Assembly (NCBI RefSeq): GCF_009914755.1
Contig: NC_060927.1
Length of the DNA: 64,000 bases
Direction: 5' to 3' (one strand)
From: the human T2T-CHM13v2.0 reference genome, Homo sapiens
The notes beneath the pieces were generated by a model. It saw only the letters and a list, made by a program, of their open reading frames with translations, made no database searches and was not told where the DNA came from. Shown in pieces: positions 62,661 to 64,000 of the stretch. Within the stretch, counting starts at the first letter, position 1; every line of letters begins with the position of its first letter. The position numbers were made by a program, and so were the translations under genes.

Positions 62661-63212
62661 TATGATGGTTAATTTTATGTGTCAACTTGATCAGGCTAAG
62701 ACATGCTCAGATAGCTGGTGAAACATAATTTCTGGGTGTGTCTGTATTAATGTTTCTGGAAGAGATTAGCATTTGAATCAGTAGACTGAGTAAAGAATAT
62801 CTGACCTCACCAATGTGTGTAGTGTTGGTTCAATCTGTTGAAGGTCCAAATAGAACAAAAGGGTAGAAGAAGGGTGAGTTCTCTCTGTCTATCTTCTTGA
62901 GCAAGGAAGCCATATATCTTCTCCTACCCTTGGACATTGGAGTTCCTGGTTCTTGGGCCTCAGACTCCAGGACTTATACAATTGGTTCTCCTGGCTCTTA
63001 GGCTTTCAGACTTGAACTGAATTATACCACCAACTTTCCTGATTTCCCAGTTTGCCAACAGCACATCACAGGACTTCTCAGCCTCCACAACATTGTGAGT
63101 TAATTTTCATAAGTCTCTCTCTCTCTCAATCTCTGTGTGTGTATGTGTGTGTGTGTTTGTATGTGTGTGTTTGTATCCTATTCAATTTATTTGGAGAATC
63201 CGGACGAATACA
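62661..63212 (+). mobile_element. MLT2B-like ERVL solo LTR
   Basis: 'tgatggttaattttatgtgtcaacttga...gagattagcatttgaatcagtagactgagtaaag...ggagaatccggacgaataca'. Confidence 0.85.
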
Positions 63213-63500
63213 CTCATACACAAACGATATAGATTGCTATAATAGATTTAAAAAAATCCAATTATATGCTGTCTACAAGAGATTCAATTCAGATCTAAGA
63301 ACGTTCAAACGTTCATAGGCTAAAAGTAAAAATAAAGATAAAAGGTATTTTATGCAAATAGTAACAAAAAGAGAGCAATGGTGGCTATACTGATATCACA
63401 CAAAATAAACTTTAAGTAGAAACTGTTATGAGAAACAAAGAATGTTCTATATTGATTAAAAAGGTAAATTCAGCAAGAAGATACAACAAATATAAACAGA

Positions 63501-64000
63501 CAGTATTTCTGTCTTGCCTATGGTTTTGCTTTTCATGGTCTCAGTTACACACAGTCAACCATTGTCCAAAATTATTAAATAAATTCCAGAAATAAACAAT
63601 TCATAAGTTTTACATTGTGTGCCATTCTAAGTAGTGTGATGAAATCTCACTCTGTCCTGTTGTGTCCTGCCTCGTATGTGACTCATCAGTTTTTTCTACT
63701 GTTTCCATGTTGTATATATGCTATCTTCCCATTAGTCACTTAGTAGCTGTCTCAGTTATCAGTTTGAAAAAAATATTAAATATGGAGTTCAGCACTATCC
63801 ATGGGTATCAGGCATCCACTGGCAGTCTTGAAACATAGCTGTCTCAGTTTTCAGATTGAAAAAAATATTAAATATGGAATTCAGCAGTATCTATGTGTTT
63901 CAGGCAACCACTGTTAGTCTTGAAACATAGCTGTCTCTGTTATCACATTGAAAACAATATTAAATATGGAATTCAGCACTATCCATGGGTTTCAGGCATC
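63501..64000 (+). mobile_element. MER44A (Tigger7-derived) DNA transposon
   Basis: 'cagttacacacagtcaaccattgtccaaaa...ttccagaaataaacaattcataagtttt...cattagtcacttagtagc'. Confidence 0.8.
63744..64000. repeat. 92-bp tandem repeat (>=2.8 copies, runs off window)
   Basis: Units start TAGCTGTCTC at 63744, 63836 and 63928. Confidence 0.95.

Overview
This is AT-rich, gene-poor primate (human-like) genomic DNA with no CpG island, most likely intronic or intergenic. I recognise no host protein-coding exon and no RNA gene. Almost every ORF in the track is transposon-derived or a chance frame. The window contains about 15 Alu/FAM SINEs, a full-length minus-strand L1PA6-8 (19.8-26.9 kb), a 5'-inverted L1PA2 (31.5-33.3 kb) and older L1M relics. 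It also contains a complete LTR-internal-LTR MLT1A, solo LTRs (LTR10-, MER50-, MER61-, THE1-, MLT1- and MLT2-like), DNA transposon fossils (MER45A, MER58, MER5, Tigger2a, Tigger3, MER44A) and MIR/L2/L3 debris. I see no evidence for a new multi-gene system. The most unusual structure is inside the full-length L1: a 614-bp ORF2 segment occurs twice, and the second copy carries the diagnostic bases of a younger L1 subfamily, with one seamless junction and one microhomology junction. This suggests templated double-strand-break repair from an ectopic L1. Other notable items are an intact ORF0-like antisense frame and a short 3' transduction in the same L1, a 58-bp-arm hairpin built from MER45A ends, two minisatellites born inside DNA transposons, and a (GGAA)n/(GGGA)n tract. 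All subfamily names come from my recall of consensus sequences and need RepeatMasker/Dfam confirmation.
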